NCBI RefSeq assembly: GCF_009914755.1
Contig: NC_060938.1
DNA: 64,000 nucleotides
Reading direction: 5' to 3' (one strand)
Source of the DNA: the human T2T-CHM13v2.0 reference genome, Homo sapiens
Part shown: positions 1-24,180 of the stretch, piece after piece
Layout: every line of letters starts with the position of its first letter
How positions within the stretch are numbered: position 1 is the first letter of the stretch
Made by a program: the position numbers and the translations under genes
The notes under the pieces: model-generated
What the model was told of the DNA's origin: nothing
The model's database searches: none
The model's input: only the letters and a program-made list of their open reading frames with translations

Positions 1-1213
1 TTGCAACACTAATCATCCCTTCCCAATAGTCCTACAAAGTCTTAACTCATTCTAGAGTCAACTCAGTCAAAAGTCCAAAAGCTCATTTGAGATTTTCCAC
101 CTATGAACCTGTAAAATTAAAAACAAGTTATTTACTTCCAAGATACAATCGTGATACAGGCATTGGGCAAACATTACCATTATGAAAGGGAGAAACTGGA
201 CAAAAGAAAGGGGCTACAGGTCCCCACACAAGTCTGAAACCTAGCAGGGCAGTAATTAAACCTTAACTCTCCAAAATTATCTTTTTTGACTCCATGTCCT
301 GCATCCAAGGCACACTGGTGCAAGCGGTGGGCTTCCAAGGCCTTCTGCTGTGGCTTTGCAGGGTTCAGCCCCTGTGACTGCTCACAAGTTGAAGTCTGGT
401 GCCTGCAGCTTCTCCAGGCTGAGAGTGCAAGCTGCTGGGGGCTCTACCATTCTGGAGTCTGGAAGACAGTGGCCCCCTTCCCACAGCTCCGCTAGGTAGT
501 GCCCCAGTGGGGACTATGGTAGGGTGGGGATGCTGCAACTTCACATTTCCCCTTGGCACTGCCCTTGTAGAGTCTCTCTGTCAGGGATCTGGCCCCATGG
601 CAGGCTTCTGCCTGAGCACCCAGGCTTTATGATACATCCTTTGGAATCTAGGAGGGAAGCTGCCAAGCCTCCTTTACTCTTGCATTCTGTGCACCTGCAG
701 ACTTAGCATCAGGTGGAAGCTTCCAAAGCTTACAGCTTATGCCCTCCAGAGTGGTGGCTCAGGCTGTACTTGAGGCCCTTTGAGCCACAGCTGTAGCTGG
801 AACATCTGGGATACAGGGATTAGTGTTCCGAGGCTGAGCAGGGCAATGAAGCCCTGGGCCCGGCCCCTGAAACTGTTCTTTATTCCTAGGCTTCTGGGCC
901 TGTGATGGAAGGAACTGTCTCCAAGGTCTCTGAAATGCCTTCAAGGCCCTTTTTCCATTGTGTTGGATATTAGCACTTGGCTGCCTTTCAGTCATACTAA
1001 TCTCTCCAGCAAGTGGTTGCTCCACAGCCTGCTTTTTCTATCACCGGGATAGGCTGCACATTTTCCAAATTTTTATGCTCTGCTTCCCTTCTAAATGTAA
1101 GTTCCAACTTTAAGTCATTTCTTTGCTCCTGTATCTGATCGTAGATTTTTAGAAACAGGCCACCTCTTGAAGGTTTTGCTGCTTAGACATTTCTCCCACC
1201 AAATACCCTAGGT

Positions 1214-1510
1214 CAGCAGTCCCTACCTTTTTGGCAACAGGGACCAGTTTTGTGGAAGACAATTTTTCCACATAGTAGGGAGGGGGGATGGTTTCAGGAT
1301 GAAACTGTTCCACCTCAGATCATCAAGCATTAGATTCTAATAAGGAGTATGCAACCTAGATCCCTCGCATGTGCAGTTCACAGTAGGGGTCATGTTCCTA
1401 TGAGAATCTAATACCACCCAAGAGGCGGCGCTCAGGTGGTAATGCTTACTTGCTCACCACTCACCTCCTACTGTGGAGCCCAGTTTCTAACAGGTCATGG
1501 ACCAGTACTG
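1214..1510 (-). mobile_element. MER1B hAT-Charlie DNA transposon, one end truncated
   Basis: cagcagtccc...gtggaagacaatttttcca...gaaactgttccacctcagatcatc...attagattct matches the reverse complement of MER1B as recalled. Confidence 0.8.
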
Positions 1511-1618
1511 GGGTCTCACTTTGTTGCCTAGGCTGGTCTCAAACTCCTGGGATCAAGCAGTCCTTCGTCCTTGGCCTCCCAAAGTGCTAGTATTACAGAC
1601 GTGAACCATTATGCCCTG
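1511..1618 (-). mobile_element. Alu left-monomer fragment (FLAM/AluJ-like)
   Basis: ggctggtctcaaactcctggg...cctcccaaagtgctagtattacag. Confidence 0.8.
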
Positions 1619-1967
1619 TCAGTCATCACTCTTAAATTCAAACTTCCACAGATCCCTAGGGCATGAACACAATGGAGCCAAGTTCTTTGCTGGGGCATAA
1701 CACAGGTGACCTTCACTCCAGTTCCTAATAACTTCAACATTTCCATCTGAGACTTCCTCAGCCTGGTCTACACTGTTCATATTTCTATCAGCATTTTGGT
1801 CATAGCCATTTAGCCAATCTTAAGAAGTTCCAAACTTTCCTTTACCTTTCTGTCTTCTTTTGACCCCTTCAAACTCATCCAAACTCTGTCTGTTACCCAG
1901 TTCCAAAGCCACTTCCACATTTTCAGGTATCTTTGTAGCAATGCTTTACTCCTCAGTACCAATTTTC

Positions 1968-2393
1968 TGTGTTAGTCCATTCTTGTGTTGCTATAGGGAA
2001 ATATCAGAGACTGGATAATTTATGAAGAAAAGAGGTTTAATTGGCTCACAGTTCTACAGGCTGTACAGGAAGCATGATGCCAGCAAGCTGCTCCTGGTGA
2101 GGGCCTCAGGAAGCTTACAGTCATGGTGGCAGATGACAGGGGACCAGCATGACGTGTGTCCCACAAGAACAGGAGCAAGAGAGAGAAAGGGAGGAGGTGC
2201 CACACTCTTTTAAACAACAAGATCTCATGTAAACTCAGAGTGAGAACTCACTTATTACTGCAAGGACGGCACCAAGCCATCCATTAGGGATCTGCCCCAT
2301 GACCCAAACAACTCCTGCCAGGCACCACCTCCAGCACTGGGGATTACATTTCAACATGAGATTTGGAACACACGAAACATCCAAACCATATCA
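1968..2393 (-). mobile_element. MST-type MaLR LTR (5' LTR of the element above)
   Basis: tgtgttagtccatt...aagaaaagaggtttaattggctcacagttc...ccaaaccatatca termini. Confidence 0.85.
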
Positions 2394-3045
2394 ACACCAG
2401 TAAGTTTATGGTGATTTGCTACATAACAACTGTACCAAGAACACCCCATTTTGCAAATAAAGAAACTGAAGCTTAAAGAGTGACTTGCCCAAGGCTTAAT
2501 CATCATTTTATTCTGCTCCAAATGTACTAACAAATTTTATACCATGCAGAAGAAATCCTTCTCAAGGTTCATGTCCATTTCAGCATATCCATCAGCAGAA
2601 CACACTGTCAAAGGAAATGGACTTCAGTGAAGTGGAAGCAATCTATTTTACCTGCATTTTGAATGAGGCCATATTCTATGTTTCCACCTATTGATCCATT
2701 AACTAAAATATTTAAAACTGCTTACAAATTACTTGCAGTATTACAACAAGGATAAGTGCCCCCAAACTACTGTAGGCAAGCATTCTAATAAGAGAAAGTC
2801 CCAGGAGATGACTTAGTCATCTTTCTCTAAAATCACTTCTAGCTGGCTGGGTTGAAGTTTCAAAGGTCAGTTCTTTCAGAATGTTCTCAAAGCATGAGCT
2901 ATATGACTAATATCTTGTGAAATTTTAGAGATAAGTTTAAAACAAATTTTATAGAACTTGGTTTGAAGAATAAAGTGTATGTGAAACATAAGTGAGAAAT
3001 GAGTAAAACTTAAAGTTTTTGTGAAGTTTTAAAATGCTTGTGTGG

Positions 3046-3131
3046 ATGTATGAGGCCCCAGATTTGATCCCCAGCACCTCCACAAAAAAATAGAAAGAAA
3101 AAAAGATAAGTTAAAAAAATAAAGAAAAAAT
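3046..3131 (+). pseudogene. Retroposed 3' half of tRNA-Ala with A-rich tail
   Basis: atgtatgaggccccagatttgatccccagcacctcca matches the tRNA-Ala 3' half (ATGTATGAGGCCCCGGGTTCGATCCCCGGCATCTCCA). A-rich tail 3084-3130; 16-bp TSD aaaatg(c/t)ttgtgtgga at 3031-3046 and 3132-3147. Confidence 0.8.
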
Positions 3132-3781
3132 AAAATGTTTGTGTGGAAGATGTATAAGAGAATGTACAGTAAATTAACCCTTCTAAGAGCTGAATCTTTA
3201 AATAACTTTTTAATGCAATTCAGCTTTATGCTCTTGAGAAGATGTCATTGTGGTTTATCATCAAAATAACAGACACTTAAAGATGTTTTCCAGTTCACAG
3301 TCCACTCCCCATTCTCTGGGCTGCTGTGGTCACATTTTTACTACACGCCTCTTGACCCCCTTTCCTCAGTTAATCAAACCAGGATAGACAACAGACTCTA
3401 TCTCTTGAGAATCTGGAATTGGGACTCACTGATCCTAGTCATTCTATGCTCTTCACTTCAATAGATATGAAAACCCAGGAGATGTGGCTGCCATTGTGCA
3501 GCAGCCATGTTTGCTGAGGTCTAGCTAAGACAGCAAAAGGTGGTTCACAGATAGATGTTCACAGATATAGAGTTCATAGAGCAAAGTGGAAGGAAGCATA
3601 AACAAGGTACCAAAAAAATCAAAGGGGGAGAGATAGACAAAGAGAGAGAGAGAAGGACACAGAGAGAAAAGAAGGCACAAAGAAAGGCAGGCTTCTTGTC
3701 CTCCTTCCTTTCAGGTCCAGGACTTCGTATGAAACCAGACGCACCTCCTGCCCATGGAATCCAGGATACATTCTGGTATCC

Positions 3782-4222
3782 TGTGGTGGCCAGCCTCCAA
3801 GATGGCCTCCATTAATGCTAACCACTGGTATTCATGCCCTTGTACAGTGCCTACCACATTGAACAGCCTGGGTAACCAATAGAATACAGTCTTGCAGAAA
3901 TGACAATGCATGACTTCCAAGGCTAGGTCATAAAACCAACAGCAGTTTCCACCTTGCTGACTCCTTGCTCATTCTGGGCATATCCTACCTGGAAAGAACT
4001 GGGGCTTCTTGCCAACGGCCAACACCATCTTCCCAGGTGCGTGCGTAAGCCATCTTGGAAGCTTTCAGCCCCAATCAAGCTTCCAGATGCCTACAGCCAC
4101 AACCTACATCTTAACTGCAACCTCATGAAATGCCCTGGGCCAGAACCACCTAGTTAAACCTCTTCTGAATCCTTAACCCACAGAAACTATGAGATAAGTG
4201 TTTATTATTTTAAAACACTAAT
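3782..4222 (+). mobile_element. MLT1 (F/G-like) MaLR LTR
   Basis: tgtggtggcc...ggtattcatgcccttg...gacttccaaggctaggtcataaaa...acccacagaaactatgagataa motifs. Confidence 0.6.
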
Positions 4223-4225
4223 TTC

Positions 4226-4420
4226 ATATATTGAAGTCCTAACCCCCAAAGTGACTGACTCTATGTGGAGACAGGGCCTTTATGGAGGTGATTAAGGTTA
4301 AATGAGGTCATGGGGGTGGGGCCCTAATTCAATAGGACTGGTGTCCTTGTAAGAAAAGAAGACACGCCAGAGCTGTATCTCTTCACACATACACAGAAAA
4401 CGGGTCATATGGAGAAGGAC
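4226..4420 (+). mobile_element. MLT1A-like LTR, 5' part only, interrupted by L1M
   Basis: ttgaagtcctaacccc...gattaaggttaaatgaggtcat...ggactggtgtccttgtaagaa. Confidence 0.65.
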
Positions 4421-6310
4421 AGGACAAGATGGCAGAAAAGAAGTCTCCACCAATTATACCCTGTGCAAGGATATCAATTTAACAACTATCTACACAGAAA
4501 GAACACCTTCATAAGAACCAGAAATCAGGTGAGCACTCATAGTACCTGGTTTTAATTAACTTCATTTTACTGAAAGAGGCACTCAAGAAGTAGGAAAAAC
4601 AGTCTGGAATTGCTGGTGCCACTCCTCTCCCATCCCCTAGCAGTGATTGCATGGTGCAAAGCACTTCTGTGCCATGGGGAGAGGGAGAGCCAGCAATTGT
4701 GAGGCATTGAACTCAGTGCTGCCCTTGTTATAGCAGAAAGCAAAACCGAACCAAACTCAGCTGACACCCACCCACAGTGGGAGTATTTAAACCAGCCCTT
4801 GCCAGAGGAGAATCACCGATTCCAGTGGTTGTAACTTGCGTTTCTGCAAGCCTCACTACTGCCGGCTAAAGTGCTCTGGCACCCCAGACCAATGTGAAAG
4901 GCAGTCTAGGCCACAAGGACTGCAACACTTAGGAGAATCTTAGTGCTGAACTGGGCCCTGAGACAGTGGACTGGGGGGACATGCGACCTAGTGAGACACC
5001 AGCCAGGGCAGCCAAGGGAGTGCTGGCACTGCCCCTCCTCTAAACCCAGGCTGCTTAGCTTGCAGCTCCGAAAGAGACATCTTCCTTTCACTTAAGTAGA
5101 GGAGAGGGAAGAGTGGGGAGGACTTTGTCTTGCATCTTGGATACCAGATCACCCACAGCAGGATAGGAGAGCAGTAAGAGCTGTGAGGCCCCCTTTCCAG
5201 GCCCTAGATCCCAGACATTTCTAGATATACCCTGGGCCAGGAAAGAATCCACCACCTTAAAGGGAAGGGCCCAGTCCTGGTAGGATTCATGACCTGCTAA
5301 CTGAAGAGCCCTTAGACCCTGAATAACCAGCAGCAATACCCAGGTACTATGTCAAGGGCCTTGAATGAGACACTGAGACTTGCTAGCTTTAGGTGAAACT
5401 CAGCACTTTACAGCTGTGGTGGCTATGGGGCAAAACTTCTGCTTGAGAAAAGTGAAGGGAAAAGTAAAAAAGACTGTCTCACATCTTAGGTACCAGCTCA
5501 GCCACAAGAAGGTGGAGAACCAAGTGGGTTCTTGGGGTCCCCAGTTCTAGGACTTGGCTCTTGGATGGCATTTCTGGACCTGCCCTGGGCCAGAGGGGAG
5601 CCCATTCCCCTGAAGAGTGAGTCTCAGGCCAGGCTGACTGAAGATACTTCAGGTCTTAAGGGAATATTGGCAGTAGTCTGGCAGTACTCCCCATGGGCCT
5701 GAGGTGCGAGTGTCCACAGGGTAAGACTCCTCTGCCTTTGGGAATGAGTGAGAAGCACTGCATCTTGTGGTTTGAGTGCCAGTTAAACCACAGTACAATA
5801 GAACACAAAGTAGACTTCCAAAGTTTTTGACTGTAGCCACTGGCTCCCAGGCAGCATCTCTGGACCCACCCTGGGGCTAGAGGAAATCAGGAAATTTCCT
5901 GAAGGGAAAGACATAGGCCTGGCTGGCTTTGCCACTTGTGGACTGTAGAGCCCCAGGGTTTTTAGTGAAATAGGTGGTAGCCAGGGAGTAGTTATAGCAG
6001 GCCTTGGGTGAGACCCAGTGCTGTGCTGGCTTCAGGTCTGACTCAGCACAGTCCTGATGGTGGTGGCCACAGGAGTGACTGTGTCATTCCACCCCCAGCT
6101 CCCAGTGGCTCAGAACAGACAGAGTCTCTGTTTGTTTGGGAGAAAGTAAGGGAAGACAACAAGAGTCTCTGCCTGCTTATCTAGAGAATACTTCTGGATC
6201 TTGTCTAAGATGATCAAAGCAGTATCTCTACAAGTCTGCAATAACCACAGTATTACTGGGCTTGGTGTCCCCCCCTAAAACAGATACAGCATAGATCACA
6301 ACTCCCAAGT

Positions 6311-6316
<6 letters not shown>
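4421..6316 (+). mobile_element. Old L1 (L1M1/L1MA-type) 5' UTR; host of the nested block, segment 1
   Basis: aagatggcagaa...aacaactatctacac...caccttcataagaacc...aggcagtctaggccacaaggactgcaa, characteristic of the L1M1 5' end. Confidence 0.75.
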
Positions 6317-12424
<6,108 letters not shown>

Positions 12425-14062
12425 ACATTTTTCAACTCCAGAATTTCTGTTTGATTCTTTTTAACTATTTCAATCTCTTTGTTAAATTTATCTGATAGAA
12501 TTCTGAATTCTTTCTCTGTATTACCTTGAATTTCTTTGCGTTTCCTCAAAACAGCTATTTTGGATTCTCTGTCTGAAAGGTCACTGATGTGGTTTGGCTC
12601 TGTGTCCCCACCCAGATTTCATTTCAAATTGTAATCCCCATGTGTTGAGGGTGGGACCTAGTGGGAGTTGGTTGGATCATGGGGGCAGTTTCCCTCATGC
12701 TGTTCTTGTGATAGTGAGTGAGTTCTCATGAGATCTGATGGTTTAAAAGTGTTTTGCAGTCCCACCAACTCTTGCTGCCATGTAAGACGCCTTGCTTCCC
12801 TTTCACCTCCTACCATAATTGTAAGTTTCCTAAGTCTGTTGCAGGGGTAGAGCCCTCATGAAGAACTTTTACTAGGGCCATGCAGAGGGGAAATGTGGGG
12901 TTGGAGCCCCCACACAGAGTCCCTACTGGGGCACTGCCTAGTGAACCTGTGAGCTCTTCTCTGTCCTCCAAACCCCAGAATAGTAGATCCACCCATAGCT
13001 TGCACTGTGCACCTGGAAAAGCCACAGGCACCAATGCCAGCCGATGAAAGCATCTGCAGGGGCTGCACCCTGCAAAGCCAAAGAGGCTGAGCTGTCCAGG
13101 GCCTTGGGAGCCCACCTCTTGTGTCATTGTATCCTGGATGTGAGATATGGAGTCAAAGGAGATTATTTTGGATCTTTAAAATTTAGTGGCTGCCCTGATG
13201 GGTGTCAAACTTGCAGGGGTCCTGTGGTACCTTTGTTTTGGCCAATTTTTTCCATTTAGAATGGGAACACTTACACAATACCTGTATCCCCAGTGTATCT
13301 TGGAAGTAACTAACTTGTTTTTTATTTTACAGGCTTATAGGTGGAAGGAACTTGCCTTGTCTCAGATGAGACTTTGGACTTGGACATTTGAGTTAATGCT
13401 GGAATGAATTAAGACATTGAGGGATTGTTGGGAAGGCATGGTTGGCTTTGAAATGTGAGAAGAATATAAAATTTGGGAGGGGCCAGGGGCATAATGATAT
13501 GGTTTGGCTCTGTGTCCCCACCCAAATCTCATCTTAAATTATAATCCCCCTGTGTTGAGATAAGTACCTGGTGGGAGGTGATTGGATCATGGGTTGTGGT
13601 TTCACCCATGCTGTTCTCATGATAGTGAGTGAGTTCCCATGAGATCTGATGGTTTAAATGTGTTTGTCATTACCCCAGCCCCCACTGCCATGTAAGATGT
13701 GTTTTGCTTCTCTTTCACCTTCTGCCATGATTTTAAGTTTCCGGAGGCCTACCCAGCCATGCAAAAGTGGGTCAATTAAGCCTCTGTCCTTTATAAATAA
13801 TCCAGTCTCAGGTAGTTCTTTATAGCAGTGTGGAAATGGACTGATACAGTCATACATCTCTGTTTCTCCAGGATTTATCCCTGGTGCATTATTTAGTTCA
13901 TTTTATGAGGTCATGTTTTCCTGGATCATCTTCATACTTGTAGAAGTTTGTCTATGTCTGGGCATTGAAGAGTTAGGTATTTATTGCAGTTGTCACTGTC
14001 TGGCCTTGTTTGTGCCTGCCCGTTTGGGAAGGCTTTCCAGATATTCAAAAGAACTTTGGTGT
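12425..14062 (-). mobile_element. L1M1 host segment 2 (end of 5'UTR and start of ORF1), inverted relative to segments 1 and 3
   Basis: Reverse complement reads ...caccaaagttcttttgaatatctggaaagccttccc...gacctttcagacagagaa...ggagttgaaaaatgt, continuing segment 1 and leading into segment 3. Confidence 0.85.
12585..13848 (+). mobile_element. MSTA-type MaLR with two LTRs and an internal deletion
   Basis: Truncated 5' LTR 12585-12837 fused to internal sequence; 3' LTR 13494-13848; 5-bp TSD gtcac/gtcat. Confidence 0.85.
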
Positions 14063-19783
<5,721 letters not shown>

Positions 19784-19784
19784 G

Positions 19785-19975
19785 ATGTTTTTCCTTTGCC
19801 GCATCTACTGAGAGAATGAAGATCATTCTCAGCAATCAGACTGTCAACATTCCAGAAAATGTTGGCATTACTCTGAAGGGATGCACAGTTACTGTGAAGG
19901 GCCCAAAGGAACCCTGAGGTGTGACTTAATCACATCAATGCAGAGCTCAGTCTTCTTGGGAAAAAAAAAAAAAAA
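19785..19975 (+). pseudogene. RPL9 processed pseudogene fragment (5'UTR plus about 53 codons)
   Basis: gcatctactgagagaATGaagatcattctcagcaatcagactgtcaacattccagaaaat encodes [22 protein letters not shown], matching the RPL9 N-terminus ([22 protein letters not shown]); ends at the GKKKK A-run. Confidence 0.85.
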
Positions 19976-22900
19976 GAGAGAGATTTACTGGCAAGATAGC
20001 CGAATAGGAACAGCTCCGGTCTGCAGCTGCCAGAGAGACTGACGCAGAAGGTGGGGGATTTCTGCATTTCCAACTTAGGTACCCGGTTCATCTCACTGGG
20101 ACTGGTTGGACAGTGGGTGCAGCCCATGGAGGGCAAGCTGAAGCAGGGTGGGGAGCCATCTCACCTGGGAAGCACAACGGGTCAGGGAATTTTCTGCCCC
20201 ACCCAAAGGAAGCCATGAGGCACTGAGCCTGAGGAACTCTGGTACAGACACTGTGCTTGTCCCATGGTTTTTGCAACCCGCAAACCAGGAGATTCCCTCC
20301 GGTGCCTACCCCACCAGGGCCCTGGGTTTCAAGCACAAAACTGGGCAGCCATTTGGGCAGACACCAAACTAGCTGCCGGAGTTCTTTTTTTCCATACCCC
20401 AGTGGTGCCTGGAATGCCAGCGAGACAGAGCCATTCACTCCCCTGGAAAGGGGTGCTGAAGCCAGGGAGCCAAGTGATCGAGCTTGGTGGGTCCCACCCC
20501 CACAGAGCCCAGCAAACTAAGATCCACTAGCTTGAAATTCTCACTGCCAGCACAGCAGCAGTCTGAGATCAACCTGAGACACGAGCTTGGTGGGGGGAGG
20601 GGCGTCCACCATTGCTGAGGCTTGAGTAGGTGGTTTTACACTCACAGTATAAAGAAAGCCACTGGGAAGTTCAAACTGGGCGGAGCCCACTGCAGCTCAG
20701 CAAGGCTGCTGTGGCCAGACGTCCCTTCTCTGGGCAGGGCATCTCTGAAAAAAAAGGTAGCAGCCCCAGTCAGGGACTTACAGATAAAACCCCCATCTCC
20801 CTGGGTCAGAGCACCTGGGAAAACAGGCAGCTGTGGGCACAGCTTCAGCAGACTTAAACGTCTCTGCCTGACAGCTCTGAAGAAAGCAGTGGACCTCCCA
20901 GCATAGCATTCAAGCTCTGCTAAGGGACAGACTGCCTCCTCAAGTGGGTCCCCGACCCCCATGTATCCTGACTGGGAGACACCTCCCAGTAGGGGCCAAC
21001 AGACACCTCATACTGGAGAGTTCTGGCTGGCATCTAGGAGGTGCCCCTCTGGGACGAAGCTTCCAGAGGAAAGACCAGGCAGCAATCTTTGCTGTTCTGC
21101 AGCATCCTCTGGTGATACCCAGGGAAACAGGGTTGGGAGTGGACCTCCAGCAAACTCCAACAGACTGGTAGCAAAGGGGCCTGACTGTCAGAAGGAAAAC
21201 TAACAAACAGGAATAGCACATCCACTCAAAGACCCCATCCAAAGGTCACCAACATCAAAGACCAAAGGTAGATAAATCCACAAAGATGGGGAGAAACAAG
21301 AACAAGAAGGTCAAAAATTCCAAAAACCAGAATGCCTCTTCTCCTCCAAAGGATCACAACTCCTCGCCAGCAAGGGAACAAAACTGGATGGAGAATGAGT
21401 TTGATGAATTGACAGAAGAAGGCTTCAGAAGGTGGGTAATAACAAACTCCTCCAAGTTAAAGGAGCATGTTCTAACCCAATGCAAGGAAGCTAAGAACCT
21501 TGAAAAAAGGTTAGATGAATTACTAACTAGAATAACCAGTGTAGAAAAGAACATAGATGACCTGATGGAGCTGAAAAACACAGCATGAGAACTTTGTGAG
21601 GCATACACAAGTTTCAATAGCTGAATCAATCAAGCAGAAGAAAGGATATCAGTGATTGAAGATCGACTTAATGAAATAAAGCTTGAAGACAAGATTAGAG
21701 AAAAAGGAAAAAAAGGAATGAACAAAGCCTCCAAGAAATACAGGACTATGTGAAAACCAAATCTGTGTTTGATTGGTGTCCTGAAAGTGATGAGGAGAAT
21801 GGAACCAAGTTGGAAAACACTCTTCAGGATTATTATCCAGGAGAACTTCCCCAACCTAGCAAGACAGGCCAACATTCAAATTCAGGAAATACAGAGAACA
21901 CCACAAAGATACTCCTTGAGAAGAGCAACTCCAAGACACATAATTCTCAGATTCACCAAGGTTGAAATGAAGGAAAAAATTTTAAGGGCAGCCAGAGAGA
22001 AAGGTCGGGTTATCCACAAAGGGAAGCCCATCAGACTAACAGCAGATCTCTCTGCAGAAACTCTACAAGTCGGAAGAGAGTGGGGTCCAATATTCAACAT
22101 TCTTAAAGAAAAGAATTTTCAACCCAGAATTTCATATCCAGCCAAACTAAGCTTCATAAGCGAAGGAGAAACACAATCCTTTACAGACAAGCAAATGCTG
22201 AGAGATTTTGTCACCACCAGGCCTGCCTTACAAGAGCTCCTGAAGGAAGCACTAAACGTGGAAAGGAGCAACTGGTACCAGCCACTGCAAAAACATACTA
22301 GATTGTAAAGAACATTGGCACAATGAAGAAACTGCATCAACTAATGGGCAAAACAACTAGCTAGCCTCATATTGACAGGATCAAATTCACACACAACAAT
22401 TTTAACCTTAAACGTAAATGGGCTAAATGCGCCAATTAAAAGACACAGACTGGCAAATTGGATAAAGAGTCAAGACCCATTAGTGTGCTGTATTCAGGAG
22501 ACCCATCTCATGTGCAAAGATACACATAGGCTCAAAATAAAGGGATGGAGGAATATTTACCAAGCAAATGGAAAGCAAAAAAAAGCACAAGTTGCAATCC
22601 TAATCTCTGATAAAACAGACTTTAAACCAACAAAGATCAAAAGAGACAAAGAAGGGCATTACATAATGGTAAAGGGATCAATGCAGCAAGAAGAGGTAAC
22701 TATCCTAAATATATATGCACCCAATACAGAAGCACCCAGATTCATAAAGCAAGTTCTTAGAGACCTACAAAGAGACTTAGACTCCCACACAATAGTAATG
22801 GGAGACTTTAACACCCTACTGTCAATATTAGGCAGGTTAACGAGACAGAAAATTAACAAGGATATTCAGGACTAGAACTCAACTCTGGACCAAGCGGACC

Positions 22901-23509
22901 TATTAGACATCTATAGAACTCTCCACCCCAAATCAACAGAATATACATTCTGCTCAGCACCTCATTGCACTTATTCTAAAACTGATGACATAATTGGAAG
23001 TAAAACACTCCTCAGCAAATGTAAAAGAACAGAAATCACAACAAACTGTCTCTCAGACCACAGTGCAATCAAATTAGAACTCAGGATTAAGAAACTCACT
23101 CAAAACCACTCAACTACATGGAAACTGAACAACCTGCTCCTGAATGGCTACTGGGTAAATAACAAAATGAAAGCAGAAATAAAGATGTTCTTTGAAACCA
23201 ATGAGAACAAAGACACAACATACCAGAATCTCTGGGACACATTTAAAGCAGTGTGTAGAGGGAAATTTATAGCATTAAATGCCTACAAAAGAAAGCAGAA
23301 AAGATCTAAAATTGACACCCTAACATCAAAGTTAAAAGAACTAGAGAAGCAACAGCTAACAAATTCAAAATCTAGCAGAAGACAAGAAATAACTAAGATC
23401 ACAGCAGAACTGAAGGAGAGAGAGACACAAAAAACCCTTCAAAAAAATCAATGAATCCAGGAGCTGGTTTTTTGAAGAGATCAACAAATAGATAGACCAC
23501 TAGCCAGAC
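19976..23509 (+). mobile_element. L1PA7/8-like element with 5'UTR, ORF1 and the ORF2 endonuclease region; 3' part missing
   Basis: ctggcaagatagccgaataggaacagctccggtctgcagc 5' end; ORF1 pieces 21286-22308; ORF2 EN 22372-22875; ends abruptly with no 3'UTR or tail. Confidence 0.9.
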
Positions 23510-23539
23510 CATGCATTCAGACCATACCAACAGCTTTAT

Positions 23540-23770
23540 AAGTTCTCTGGTACAATCTTGCCTGGTATGCATGCCCTTGAGTAATCCCTTTCACACTGAA
23601 TGGGGCTGACTCATATAAGCAACAGGATATTGAGGATATGATGGTGTGTGCATTTCAAAGTTAGGTCATAAAAGTCATTGCACCTTCCAACTTGCTGTCT
23701 CTCAGATCACTCGCTCTGAAGGAAGCCAGCTGCCATGTCATGAGTCATGTAAGCAGCCCTGTGGAGAGTA
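23540..23770 (+). mobile_element. MLT1 (E/F-like) LTR fragment
   Basis: ttaggtcataaaag...gatcactcgctctgaaggaagccagctgccatgtcatgag. Confidence 0.6.
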
Positions 23771-23889
23771 TTACTGTAAGTGAGCAAAATTCCTCACCTG
23801 TTATTTAAAGTAGATAAATCAAATTGCTTAAAGTAGATAAATCAAGAAATAGTAGTATAAACATATTATTTTGGAATAGTAGATATAAC

Positions 23890-24180
<291 letters not shown>

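Larger units (their letters stand above)
1..1967 (-). mobile_element. MaLR (MST-type) internal region, interrupted by MER1B and an Alu fragment
   Basis: Typical MST/THE1-int sequence; its start on the minus strand (gaaaattggtactgaggag...) abuts the LTR at 1968. Confidence 0.85.

Noticed and set aside
23805-23845. 18-bp direct repeat ttaaagtagataaatcaa separated by 5 bp
   Set aside because: Ordinary local micro-duplication with no element between the copies.
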